From a virus: a stretch of 64,000 bases of DNA. Below are positions 44,501 through 53,031 of the stretch, piece by piece. How positions within the stretch are numbered: position 1 is the stretch's first letter; each line of letters opens with the position of its first letter. Under the pieces are notes generated by a model. The model was not told the origin of the DNA and ran no database searches. It saw only the letters and a program-made list of their open reading frames with translations. The position numbers and the translations under genes are program-made. The stretch lies in the IMG/VR virus record IMGVR_UViG_3300037071_003688, one strand, 5' to 3'.

Positions 44501-46290
44501 CGGACATCGTCGGCGATGTCGTCGTGGACGCCGCCACCGGTCAGGCGCTCCGCCCCGGCCTGAACGTGTCGGACAAGATCATCACCGATCTCGTGGACCG
44601 CCACATCGGACGGCTCCAAGATCTCGGCCCGCTCGTGCAAGCCTCACTGCGCGACGCGCTGCACCTCGCCGTCTCCAACCAGTTGACGCTCGATGAGGTC
44701 ATCCGCGAGATCCAAGCCACCGGACCATTGGGAGCAACCGCGGCACGCGCGATCGCACGCACCGAACTCACCGCCGCCACGAACGGCGGGATGTTGACCG
44801 GATGGAAACGCGACGGGTTCCCGTTCAAGCAATGGATCAGTCTTCACGACGAACGTGTCCGCCATGCGCACCTCGAAGCCGACAAGCAGATCAAACCGAC
44901 CGAGCAGGAGTTCGAGGTCGGCGGCTGGCCCGCCCAATACCCCGGCGACCCACGCCTCCCGGTGCATCTGCGCATCAACTGCCGCTGCTACATGGACCGC
45001 ATCGGTGAAGATGGCACGACCATCGGCACACGGCTGGTCGACTCGACCCGCGCCACGCTGTACCGCCTCGCCCAAGAGTTGAACATTCCGGGCCGCTCGA
45101 AGATGCTGAAAGAGGACCTGTTCCAGGCGATCGACCGGTACCGCAACGGGTTCGGGTTCCAACCATTGGAGGAGATGTCCCGGGCGCAACTGCTGATCCG
45201 TGCCCGCGCGGCGGGGATCGTCGGCCGCTCGAAGATGTCGCGCCCCGAGTTGATGATCCGCTTGCGCGACCTGTCGACCGGTCGGACCCGTGACCGCTGG
45301 CTGATCGACGCCGGGCACGGCACCCGCGAACAGATCGCCGCCGTCCAAACCCAACTCGCCGCCGACATCGCCGCGCTGCACCAAGGTCCGATCGTCGGCG
45401 CCGGACCGCCACCATCAGTCGAGAAGGTCGACACGATGCGCCGCAAGGTGTTCCGCCGCTACGGCGGCGCCGACACCGGCACCGCGATGTGCGTCGGCTG
45501 CGCGGCCCGGATGCACTGGTCGAACACGACACGCTGGGAACAGGTGACGCTGATCCGGATCGACCCGAAGATCTCGTGGTCCGCCCGCAACGCGTTCCCG
45601 GCGTGCCTCGCCTGCGCCCCGAAGCTCGCCAAGCTCGGCACGGAGAAGCTCTCGGCGACGTTCACCATCGACAACTCATGGACGGCGATCGCCGCCACGT
45701 TCACCGGCTGGGGACCGATCCTGGCCCAGTTCGCGAACCCGTGGCACGACGAGCAAGGCAAGTTCGCGCCGAAAGGCACCGGCAAGAAATACGACTCGGC
45801 GGCGATCAAGGCCAAGGTGAAAGCGTCGATGGAGGCCGGGGTCAACGTCGACCGCGTCGGCGACCCGCAGGCGACGCTCTCCAAGCTCGACGCCTGGGCC
45901 AAGCAGATGGGATCCGACTTCGACGCCGACGAAGGGGTCGGCATGATCCGCGAAGCGTTGAATGACGTCGGGGCTGGCTCGAAGTCGTTGATCGCCAACC
46001 ACAAGAACGGGATCGCCGGGATCATCTCGTACGACTACGACCCGGACAGCAAGATGTACATGATCCATCACCTCGGCTCGACCGGGATCGCCCCCGGGAC
46101 CGGCACTCGGCTGGCGACTCAGGTCATGATCCAAGCCGCGTCGAACGGTGCTGGGGTCGAGTTCGAGGCAGCCCAGAACGACACCGCTCCCGAGTTCTGG
46201 TCGTCGCTCGGCTTCGATGTTTCCGACCCCAAGCACGTCGTGATGAGTCCATCCGATGTCGGCGCCTGGATGCGAGACTTCACGGGATGA
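41497..46290 (+). CDS. MuF (head morphogenesis) polyprotein B: zincin, ADP-ribosyltransferase, GNAT, MuF, Rho-N repeats, degenerate HNH, GNAT
   Basis: HEYGH..EAHAEAFA; YRG/SAT/KEV; QGKGIGT; IARTE..KQW..DERVRHAH..YPGDP..INCRC; two GRSKM repeats. Four NPWHD motifs. GTG start overlaps the stop of A. Confidence 0.85.
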   Translation: MDIAPTIPVPTTEAEIGTLRVPIDPDDPLLADQTLVASAGIIADFEDSYLDELTGAVEQSLRSLRQMVVQRLRAHATIAKPIAASAARNGQFMNPWHDDRGRFAPKGTGRANAIRTWGTDRKVTIEKWVSGHKHSVTTSNGDVIVLHDHNNVLSQSPGGEQAISDLLNGAADAHDLCPGMNVPQIMVKNVDGLIADMAALHDMQRVEWERLRNVGAFVTGNSPDGNKAPGWIFVNPDRLHSEQLYAQDDMPAMIALGPARYKVMHEYGHLRMTQGLDSVFAINDQFKYTSDSRRSGGMSKYGNTKPIEAHAEAFAEWAARGGNIERGPKGQFLTDIDYVVTSYANAFGWGKDLEQVGRPLAVAAAGGPQDPIPLIIGDSPEGPIYIYADGTIEETLVASAGQFMNPWHDEIGRFAPKGTGRYIKVLGEFPGEPSQEMLANADFRYQADMGKRFTWLWQRTYQTHRAVKQIARNLLAGNEPFDGVDLNDPLLERYSKPSRFAGGPKHEYNETDLHNDLQAAAEWILVQPVEKQPVLYRGAMTDESKMGVFKVGADIPLDLVSATPDRFEAAPYSSPFGSPTSYLDPVRLSFQFTGAEGTSLRPHVTGNMSDSKEVVMRGRGRITRMEKNEHGIWQIWVDASNAQEEALAASIGDDAVILAILDQPFHHYDETGALVAAAGQFMNPWHDEIGRFAPKGTGVKRLGPKTLNDDPTAYDKVDLDDMEATKASLEAYADHVTAELADMFPGEELIFGLDEYHKIAKSTRPPEYHAQFRLTNADGEDVAKMARVIEMEDDSAFAAGMWVDDSMQGKGIGTVLQEGFEHWAASQDLSAINVFATMVGRWAWMRAGYDWANTEAFGDIANLLGDADPVGRSFRRAWQDVTIPDDLPTPYELSNILGRKAILHPQFPNWSGTKPLRTRALALAATAIAPREERLAKVREAYAQWWPQYPAAAEGYIVDPEAEAAWEALMQGGLVAAGPFDLDDFNVMTAEEWALAFDVEAADIVGDVVVDAATGQALRPGLNVSDKIITDLVDRHIGRLQDLGPLVQASLRDALHLAVSNQLTLDEVIREIQATGPLGATAARAIARTELTAATNGGMLTGWKRDGFPFKQWISLHDERVRHAHLEADKQIKPTEQEFEVGGWPAQYPGDPRLPVHLRINCRCYMDRIGEDGTTIGTRLVDSTRATLYRLAQELNIPGRSKMLKEDLFQAIDRYRNGFGFQPLEEMSRAQLLIRARAAGIVGRSKMSRPELMIRLRDLSTGRTRDRWLIDAGHGTREQIAAVQTQLAADIAALHQGPIVGAGPPPSVEKVDTMRRKVFRRYGGADTGTAMCVGCAARMHWSNTTRWEQVTLIRIDPKISWSARNAFPACLACAPKLAKLGTEKLSATFTIDNSWTAIAATFTGWGPILAQFANPWHDEQGKFAPKGTGKKYDSAAIKAKVKASMEAGVNVDRVGDPQATLSKLDAWAKQMGSDFDADEGVGMIREALNDVGAGSKSLIANHKNGIAGIISYDYDPDSKMYMIHHLGSTGIAPGTGTRLATQVMIQAASNGAGVEFEAAQNDTAPEFWSSLGFDVSDPKHVVMSPSDVGAWMRDFTG

Positions 46291-49200
46291 GCTTCGACCC
46301 GGACGACGACCGCTGGGCCGAACGCGCAGCCGAGGTGGCAGTGACCACCATGACCCTCGAACCAGGCGGCGAGTTCACCGTCAAGTTCCGGGCCACCGAG
46401 TTCAACAACCCGTGGCATGACGAGATCGGACGGTTCGCGCCGAAGGGTTACGGGCACATGGGCGGCAACAAGTACAGCCGTGAGGTCGCGGTCCCCCGCA
46501 GCGTCGAGGACGCCGCCGCTGTGTACGCGGCGATGACCCTGTACAACGCCGTCAACCGTGGAGACCCGATGCCCGCCATCCACGAAGCCCTCCACGCGCT
46601 GATCAAGACAGCCGAGGCCGCAGACCAGGACCTCATGGAACGCCTGATCAAACCGGCCGCGCGGGCAATCGGCGACAACGACATGGACACGGCGCACGAG
46701 TTGATCGTTGACGCCGACAGCGAGGTGTTCAAGCCGTTCACCGAGGAGTTCGAGGTCCCGCCACCGGAGAAGATCACGGTCACCGGCGGGCAACCCCCGG
46801 AGTCCGGCTTCGGCCCGACGATCTGGCAGACCGTCACCCCCGAAGGGCACACCATCACGTTCAACAGCCGCGGTCACACCGTGACCGACGAACAGGCGTA
46901 CACGATCCTGTCGGCAGCGACGACCGCGGCGCGCGCCGGGAACATGGACCAAGACGTCACCATCCAAGTCCAAGCCTCGTTCAACCGGGACACGATGTCG
47001 CGCGAGCCACTGGTGATGGGGTTCGTCGTCGCCAACCCGGACATCGGCACCGACCCGCATCGAACCGTCAACATCACACCCGAGTTGATCAACGGTAACT
47101 TCGACCCGGGCGGGAGCACCGAGCGCATCCCGTCGACGTTGACGGCATCAGCGGCGCTCGTGGAACCGTTGCGGATCACCGTGCTGCACGAGATGGGCCA
47201 CGTCTCGTTGTTCGAGGAGGCGTTCCACCGGCAAGGCGATCTCACGCAGGGCAAGGAATGGTTCAACGAGCAGATGATTCAGACGGCGAACACGACGCCG
47301 ATCACCGACAAGCCGTTCATGTCGCTGTACGCCCAGGAGAACACGACCGAGATGCACGCCGAAGCGTTCGCTGAGTGGACCAACACCGGCGGCAACACGA
47401 ACAACCCGTGGGTGCTACGCATGGCCGACCAGTACGGCTGGTCGACGGGCCGCGCCGCCGAAGACCTGCCATTGGCCGCGGCAGGGGCGCCACCGATCGA
47501 GCCGTGGGTGCCGATCTGGTACTTCCCGGAGGAGCCGGTCATCCTCATCGACAGCCGCGACGGCGCCAGCTACGTGTACGGCGACGCGGCGCTCGCCGCC
47601 ACCGAACCCGTTGTCGCCTCCGCCGGGCAGTTCATGAATCCTTGGCATGACGAGATCGGACGGTTCGCCCCGAAGGGGACCGGCTCCAAGTTCGACGCAG
47701 TGAGCGCGATGCAGGACGTGCAGAACGGCAAGCCGGTGTCGGTCACCGGCGTCGAGGCCGTCGACCTCGCGTTGGAGATGGCCCGGCTTTACCATCCGAT
47801 CGACATGACCCTCGTCACGGTCGACGGGTCGCACATGTTCAGTGAGATGCGAGCGAACGGGCGGTCACGGGTCGAGATGCCGCAGATCCCCGGCAAGTTC
47901 CACCCCGCCTTCGAGGAGCACCTGCGCGAGTTGGGTGTGACCATGACTCCGGAGACGATCGACCCCCGCGAGTTGCACGGCACCCAATCCGAGTTGGACG
48001 GTCAGGCAGTCGGCAACATGATCCAGTCCTACCGGGACGGCGGCTTCAACTTCACGTCGAAGCCGTTGGTCGTCTCCTCCGACAACCGGATCCTGGACGG
48101 TCACCATCGTTGGGCCGCGGCGGCGATCGAGTCCGCGGCGTGCGGCGGCTGCATCGAGATGCCGATCATGCGTGTCGACCTGCCGATGAGCGAACTGCTC
48201 CACGTCGCCGACGACTTCGTGGACAGTCTCGGCATCGTCCGTCAGGGCCACGGCGAGCACGGAAAGCACAGCCCGCAGCCGCCGCCCCTGCACGAGAAGA
48301 TCGCCGCGGCTGTCATCCCACCATCGCAGAATGAGCAGGTGGAGTTCGAGTACGCGACCGACACCGATGACGGGATCACCGACGAGCAACTCGCCGACCT
48401 GCCACACGGCGACGGCTCCGCGTTCGAGGAGGGGGAGGGCGTGGTCGCTTCCCCCGCCTCGTTCGCCAACCCTTGGCACGACGAGATCGGACGCTTCGCG
48501 CCCAAGGGCACCGGCACGAAGATCGGCTTCGACGCCGACGCCGCCTCCAACCAGTTCGCCGACGATCTCGCCACACTCAACGCCAACGCCGACGCGATGG
48601 CCGAGCCATACCGCATCCACTACGAACGCGGCGGCGAGAAACAGTCGACGTTCGCTCAGGCCCGCGACGAGTACCTCGCCTACGGCTCATCGGAGATGGA
48701 CCGCCAACTCCGCACCAACGGCGACAGCACAGTCAAGGATCCGGCGCACCGGCGGGCGCTGATGAACGCCGTCGTGCTCGATGAAGCCATCGAACGGTCC
48801 GGTGTCGTGTTCGCCGAGGACACCGTCCTGCTGCGCGGCGTGCGCAACACGCAGGCCGGGAACCTGACGGTCGGCACCGAGTTCACCGATCCCGCGTTCG
48901 TGTCCGTGACAGCGTCACCCGGCGAAGCCGCGCAGGCGTCCGGGCAGCAACAACGCCCGGCCGGTTTCCCACCCTCGGCGAACCCGGGCACCATCGTCGC
49001 GTTGAAGGTCCCGAAGGGAACCAAGGCGATGCCGGGCGCCGAGAACGAGAAGGAATGGGTGCTGCCACGTGGCGGCACGTACACCGTGACGAACGTGATC
49101 GAGGGCGACGGGGTCCGCATCGCCGAGGTCGAGGTGACATTCCCCGAGTCGCCGCCGGTGACGAAGGGGATCCCAACCATCAACGACTTGCTCGAACGGA

Positions 49201-49817
49201 CCGCGGGGCAACAAGAACGCCGCGGCCTCGCCGCCTCCGCCGGTGGCCTCATCGTTCACGAGCGCCTCTCATGGGATCCCGCCGACATCGACGTGATGAC
49301 GAACCGCCGCCAGTTCCGGCTGATCTGGGATGCGGGTGTCCTCGCCGACGCCACCATCACGCGTGCCGCGTTCGGCAACCCGTGGCATGACGAGGTCGGG
49401 CGCTTCGCGCCGAAGGGCACCGGCAAGCAGGTCGCCGCCGAGGGCCGGGCACGTGAACTGTTGGCCGGGGAACGAATCGCGCTCGCCGATGTCGACGTGC
49501 CAATGGGAACCCCCGAACAGATCAAGTTGACGACCGACACCCGCGACGACGACGCCCTGTGGGAAACCGCCACACCGATCAAGGTCTCGGCGCAGGACAA
49601 GTTCGTCGCATCCGAGGAATCCGTCAAGACACGACCGGTGCGCGACGTCGTGCTCGACGGCGAAGCATTCCGACCCGGCTACCCGCCCCGCCTGTACCAG
49701 TTGCCGGACGGCAGCTACCTCGTCGCTGACGGCCACCATCGAATCGTGATGCACAAGCTGCTCGGCACCCCGAGCTTCGACGCAATCGTGCTGCCCTATC
49801 CGGAGGAGAAGCAATGA
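46287..49817 (+). CDS. Polyprotein C: zincin, ParB/Srx-like, VIP2-like ADP-ribosyltransferase, ParB/Srx-like
   Basis: HEMGH..EMHAEAFA; ILDGHHRW; LLRG/FVSVT/EKEWVLPRG; ADGHHR. Four NPWHD motifs. Confidence 0.85.
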   Translation: MSFDPDDDRWAERAAEVAVTTMTLEPGGEFTVKFRATEFNNPWHDEIGRFAPKGYGHMGGNKYSREVAVPRSVEDAAAVYAAMTLYNAVNRGDPMPAIHEALHALIKTAEAADQDLMERLIKPAARAIGDNDMDTAHELIVDADSEVFKPFTEEFEVPPPEKITVTGGQPPESGFGPTIWQTVTPEGHTITFNSRGHTVTDEQAYTILSAATTAARAGNMDQDVTIQVQASFNRDTMSREPLVMGFVVANPDIGTDPHRTVNITPELINGNFDPGGSTERIPSTLTASAALVEPLRITVLHEMGHVSLFEEAFHRQGDLTQGKEWFNEQMIQTANTTPITDKPFMSLYAQENTTEMHAEAFAEWTNTGGNTNNPWVLRMADQYGWSTGRAAEDLPLAAAGAPPIEPWVPIWYFPEEPVILIDSRDGASYVYGDAALAATEPVVASAGQFMNPWHDEIGRFAPKGTGSKFDAVSAMQDVQNGKPVSVTGVEAVDLALEMARLYHPIDMTLVTVDGSHMFSEMRANGRSRVEMPQIPGKFHPAFEEHLRELGVTMTPETIDPRELHGTQSELDGQAVGNMIQSYRDGGFNFTSKPLVVSSDNRILDGHHRWAAAAIESAACGGCIEMPIMRVDLPMSELLHVADDFVDSLGIVRQGHGEHGKHSPQPPPLHEKIAAAVIPPSQNEQVEFEYATDTDDGITDEQLADLPHGDGSAFEEGEGVVASPASFANPWHDEIGRFAPKGTGTKIGFDADAASNQFADDLATLNANADAMAEPYRIHYERGGEKQSTFAQARDEYLAYGSSEMDRQLRTNGDSTVKDPAHRRALMNAVVLDEAIERSGVVFAEDTVLLRGVRNTQAGNLTVGTEFTDPAFVSVTASPGEAAQASGQQQRPAGFPPSANPGTIVALKVPKGTKAMPGAENEKEWVLPRGGTYTVTNVIEGDGVRIAEVEVTFPESPPVTKGIPTINDLLERTAGQQERRGLAASAGGLIVHERLSWDPADIDVMTNRRQFRLIWDAGVLADATITRAAFGNPWHDEVGRFAPKGTGKQVAAEGRARELLAGERIALADVDVPMGTPEQIKLTTDTRDDDALWETATPIKVSAQDKFVASEESVKTRPVRDVVLDGEAFRPGYPPRLYQLPDGSYLVADGHHRIVMHKLLGTPSFDAIVLPYPEEKQ

Positions 49818-52093
49818 CCGCCACCTTCGCCAACCCGTGGCACGACGAAATCGGCCGCTTCGCGCCGAAAGGCACCGGCACCAAGGGCGACATTGACGAC
49901 AGCGGCGGGATGACCCGACCAGGATGGCTGGGACTGCACGCCCCCAAGAGCGCGAAGACGCTGACGCGGGTCGCACGGATCCTGGACTCCATGCCCGAGA
50001 CCCGCGAAGTAGCCGACCTCGTGAAGGGCGCGGCCGAGGCCGAAGACCCGGACGAGTTCGATGCGTGGATGGAGGACGCCTTGAACGCCATCGCACGCGC
50101 TGGCGGCACGAGCGGCGAGATGCTCGACATCGAACGCCAGTTGGACGAGATCCGCCGCGCCGGGTTCACCATGCCGCCTGTCCTCACGTGGGGGATCAAC
50201 GAGTTCGCCAACCCGTGGCACGACGAGGAAGGCAAGTTCGCGCCGAAGGGCGCAGGCACGAAGTCGTCCGGCGTCGCCGCTCCCGAGGGGACCGATCAGC
50301 CGACCCAGGGCAACGAGGGCGACATCGTCTCGAAGCTCGAAGTGAAGCCGGGCGGTAACCGCTCGACCGGAGTCGACCATGAGGCGCTCGCTCAGGAGGT
50401 GATCAACGGCGGCGACATCGTCGTCAACCCGATCGACGCCGACGACGTGATCCGCAACTTCGCCGACGCACCCCAGGACGTCGTTGACTTGACCGGGGTC
50501 ACGGTCGAGGGCGCCCCCAACATGTTCTCGAAGATGCGCGAGTCAGGGCGCGCCCGTACCGAGATGCCGCAGATCACCCCCGACGTGCAACCCGAGTGGT
50601 TCGACACGCTCCGCCAGGAAGGCATCAACTTCGTCGCAAACGAAGTCGACCCGGCGTCACTGTCGGCAACACAGTCGGAACTGAACGGCAAGAAAGTCGG
50701 CGGCATGATCAGGGCGATGGAGGGCGGCACGATGTCGCTCGAAGGCGACGCCCTGCTCGTCTCGTCGGACGGCCACATCCTCGACGGCCACCATCGTTGG
50801 GCGGCTGCGGCGGCGATGTCAGCGGACTGTGGCGGCTGCATCAAGATCCCGGTGATCGTGATCGACCTGCCAATCACGGAACTGGTCTCGTACGGCCTCA
50901 ACTGGACTGACGCACGAGGGATCCCCCGCGCCGGGGTCGGAACGCCGAGTAAGAAGCAGGCGGCTGGAATGTCGCCGTGGATCTTTACTATGAAGGGCGT
51001 GACCTTCGCGGCCAAGAACTTCATGGAGGGCGGAACCCCCGTCCCCGAGGGCGAGTACCCGAAGTTCGCGACCGACGCCGAGGACGGCCTCACCGACGCC
51101 GACTTCGTTGGTCTGCCGCAGGGCGACGGTTCGTTGTCCGCCGCCAACGCCAACACGGCTGTCGCCGAGAAGCCAGCCGAAGGCGACGCTGTGACGGCGT
51201 CGGGCGCCCGCCGCCAGTTCGGCCTGGCCGAGTTCATGAACCCATGGCACGACGAGATCGGGCGCTTCGCGCCGAAGGGAACCGGCACGCAGTCCGGCGG
51301 ATCCCACCCGCCGGTGACGAGCGGTGACGTCACCATCGAGTTCGATGACAAGGGCGAGATCGTCGTGTCCGACGAGGCGATGGCGCTCGCCAAGCCGGTC
51401 TACGAGGAGGCCCAACGCCGTGAACGGGCGATCTCCGACCGGCTGATCGAGATCGTCGGCGACCGCTCCCCGGAGCAGTACGAGGAACCACCACCGCCGC
51501 AGTTGTACGGCTTCGAGTTCCGCCGCAAGGAACAAGACAAGATCGCCGAGAAGATCGAACGGGAAGTCCTCGAAGCCCACGAGGAAGGCATCGTGATGAC
51601 CCGCGAGCAAGCCGCCGCCAAGATCAAGGACGCGGTGCGCTACACCGTTCACTACACGCAAGACGAGTTCGGCGAGAAAGCGCAAGCCGTGATCGACCAA
51701 CTCGCGCAGGACAACCCGGGCGGCAAGGTCAAGAACACGTGGCCCCCCGGCTCGAACAACGTGTACAAGGGCGTCAACGTCAACGTCACCACCGACGATG
51801 GCTACACGTACGAGATCCAGTTCCACACCCCCGAGTCGCAAGCCATCAAGGACGCCCAACACGACCTGTACAAGCAGGCCCGTGTGCTCCCCAAAGGCGA
51901 CCCGCGTCGAGTCCAACTCGAAGCGCAGATGGACCAGTTGAGCAAGGGCGTCGAACCGCCGACCGGCGCGATCGAGGTTTCGACGCCAGAGCGGTGGCGC
52001 GAACGGCTGGCAGCGAGCGCCGCCCGCCTCCGCCACTTCCTCACCCAACGACACATCCTCTCCCAGACCCGACATTGGAGCGTCCATGAGTAA
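49814..52093 (+). CDS. Polyprotein D: small helical domain, ParB/Srx-like, RelA/SpoT synthetase
   Basis: ILDGHHRW; RRK..KI, DAVRY, YKGVN, YEIQFHT. Three NPWHD motifs. Confidence 0.85.
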   Translation: MTATFANPWHDEIGRFAPKGTGTKGDIDDSGGMTRPGWLGLHAPKSAKTLTRVARILDSMPETREVADLVKGAAEAEDPDEFDAWMEDALNAIARAGGTSGEMLDIERQLDEIRRAGFTMPPVLTWGINEFANPWHDEEGKFAPKGAGTKSSGVAAPEGTDQPTQGNEGDIVSKLEVKPGGNRSTGVDHEALAQEVINGGDIVVNPIDADDVIRNFADAPQDVVDLTGVTVEGAPNMFSKMRESGRARTEMPQITPDVQPEWFDTLRQEGINFVANEVDPASLSATQSELNGKKVGGMIRAMEGGTMSLEGDALLVSSDGHILDGHHRWAAAAAMSADCGGCIKIPVIVIDLPITELVSYGLNWTDARGIPRAGVGTPSKKQAAGMSPWIFTMKGVTFAAKNFMEGGTPVPEGEYPKFATDAEDGLTDADFVGLPQGDGSLSAANANTAVAEKPAEGDAVTASGARRQFGLAEFMNPWHDEIGRFAPKGTGTQSGGSHPPVTSGDVTIEFDDKGEIVVSDEAMALAKPVYEEAQRRERAISDRLIEIVGDRSPEQYEEPPPPQLYGFEFRRKEQDKIAEKIEREVLEAHEEGIVMTREQAAAKIKDAVRYTVHYTQDEFGEKAQAVIDQLAQDNPGGKVKNTWPPGSNNVYKGVNVNVTTDDGYTYEIQFHTPESQAIKDAQHDLYKQARVLPKGDPRRVQLEAQMDQLSKGVEPPTGAIEVSTPERWRERLAASAARLRHFLTQRHILSQTRHWSVHE

Positions 52094-52361
52094 CACCGAG
52101 ACCACCCTGTCGCCGACCGGCTGGTTCCTGCGGTCCGACGACGAGGGCGGCTACATGGCGGCGGCTCGCTTCTACGCGCCGTCGTCCATCGACGTCGACG
52201 TGTACAACGCCCAAACCGGCGACTGGACACCGTTCTCGGGTAGCACCAACCTGTTCGAGCGGCTCCAAACCGAACCGGACTGGGAGCAAGTCTCCGAGCA
52301 GGACGCCGAGGCGTGGATCGCGTCTAAGCGAGGCGGAGTGGCACCAGGTTCGATCGGGTGA
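52086..52361 (+). CDS. Candidate immunity protein of the RelA/SpoT module
   Basis: Small acidic ORF overlapping the stop of D; C-terminal WEQVSEQDAEAWI. Confidence 0.55.
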   Translation: MSNTETTLSPTGWFLRSDDEGGYMAAARFYAPSSIDVDVYNAQTGDWTPFSGSTNLFERLQTEPDWEQVSEQDAEAWIASKRGGVAPGSIG

Positions 52362-53031
52362 TCGGCACCGGGTTCAAGTCGAGGATCGTGTCGACGTTGA
52401 TCGGCATCACCTCGGACAGTTGACCCAACCAGTGTTCGGCAGCGAAGCGCGATTCGCGCCCGGGCCGACAGTTCTGGCGGACCAGTTCGAGCCGCGTCCA
52501 CCAGAAGTTCCCGCCGAACATCCCGCCGACACCATCGAGGCCGGGCGGGTTCAACTCGCGGTTGCGCCACGCCTCGGCGAGCCGCTCGATGTCCGGGTCA
52601 CCCTTGATCCAATGGCAGCCGACGATCGACTTGCCGTCGCACTCCAAGGCGGCGACAGCGACACGCCAGTCGACCACGCATAGCTGCTCCATCGACTGGC
52701 GCCACGGATTGTCGATCGACTCGACGCGACTCGACCCCTTGGTGTGCGTGTACAGCACGGCACCATCGTGGTCCTGCGAGAAGTCGTACAGCTTGTCGAG
52801 CGTCTCCTGCTCGAAACCCTGGGTGACCGACGCGACCGGCGTGTAGTTGACCCCGTACACGGCGAGAGCGTCGCACACCCGCTCGATGTTGTCGTCGGAG
52901 CCGACGAACCCGATCTGGAACGACGCCAACTGGTCGTAGAGACCACCGAAGCGCAGCGCGCCGATGTGCTCGTGGACGGGGATCTCCCAAGCACCATCGG
53001 CATAGCAATGGAAAAAGTGGTGTAAATCCAT
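52324..53031 (-). CDS. Glycosyltransferase-like protein
   Basis: E..TL..L, LYTHTKG, FGGNFWW, AEHWLG, as in phage glyco-cluster proteins. Confidence 0.55.
   Translation of the reverse strand: MDLHHFFHCYADGAWEIPVHEHIGALRFGGLYDQLASFQIGFVGSDDNIERVCDALAVYGVNYTPVASVTQGFEQETLDKLYDFSQDHDGAVLYTHTKGSSRVESIDNPWRQSMEQLCVVDWRVAVAALECDGKSIVGCHWIKGDPDIERLAEAWRNRELNPPGLDGVGGMFGGNFWWTRLELVRQNCRPGRESRFAAEHWLGQLSEVMPINVDTILDLNPVPITRSNLVPLRLA

Larger units (their letters stand above)
36278..51280 (+). repeat. 17 dispersed copies of the NPWHD(E/D)xG(R/K/Q)FAPKG coding repeat
   Basis: Starts at 36278, 37502, 38192, 39131, 39821, 41012, 41776, 42709, 43543, 45736, 46407, 47637, 48468, 49377, 49832, 50210, 51239. 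Synonymous variation indicates protein-level selection. Confidence 0.95.

Noticed and set aside
36257-52093. Inteins, or DNA-level mobile repeats, as the explanation for the modules
   Set aside because: No Cys...His-Asn splice motifs or transposase; the repeat varies synonymously.
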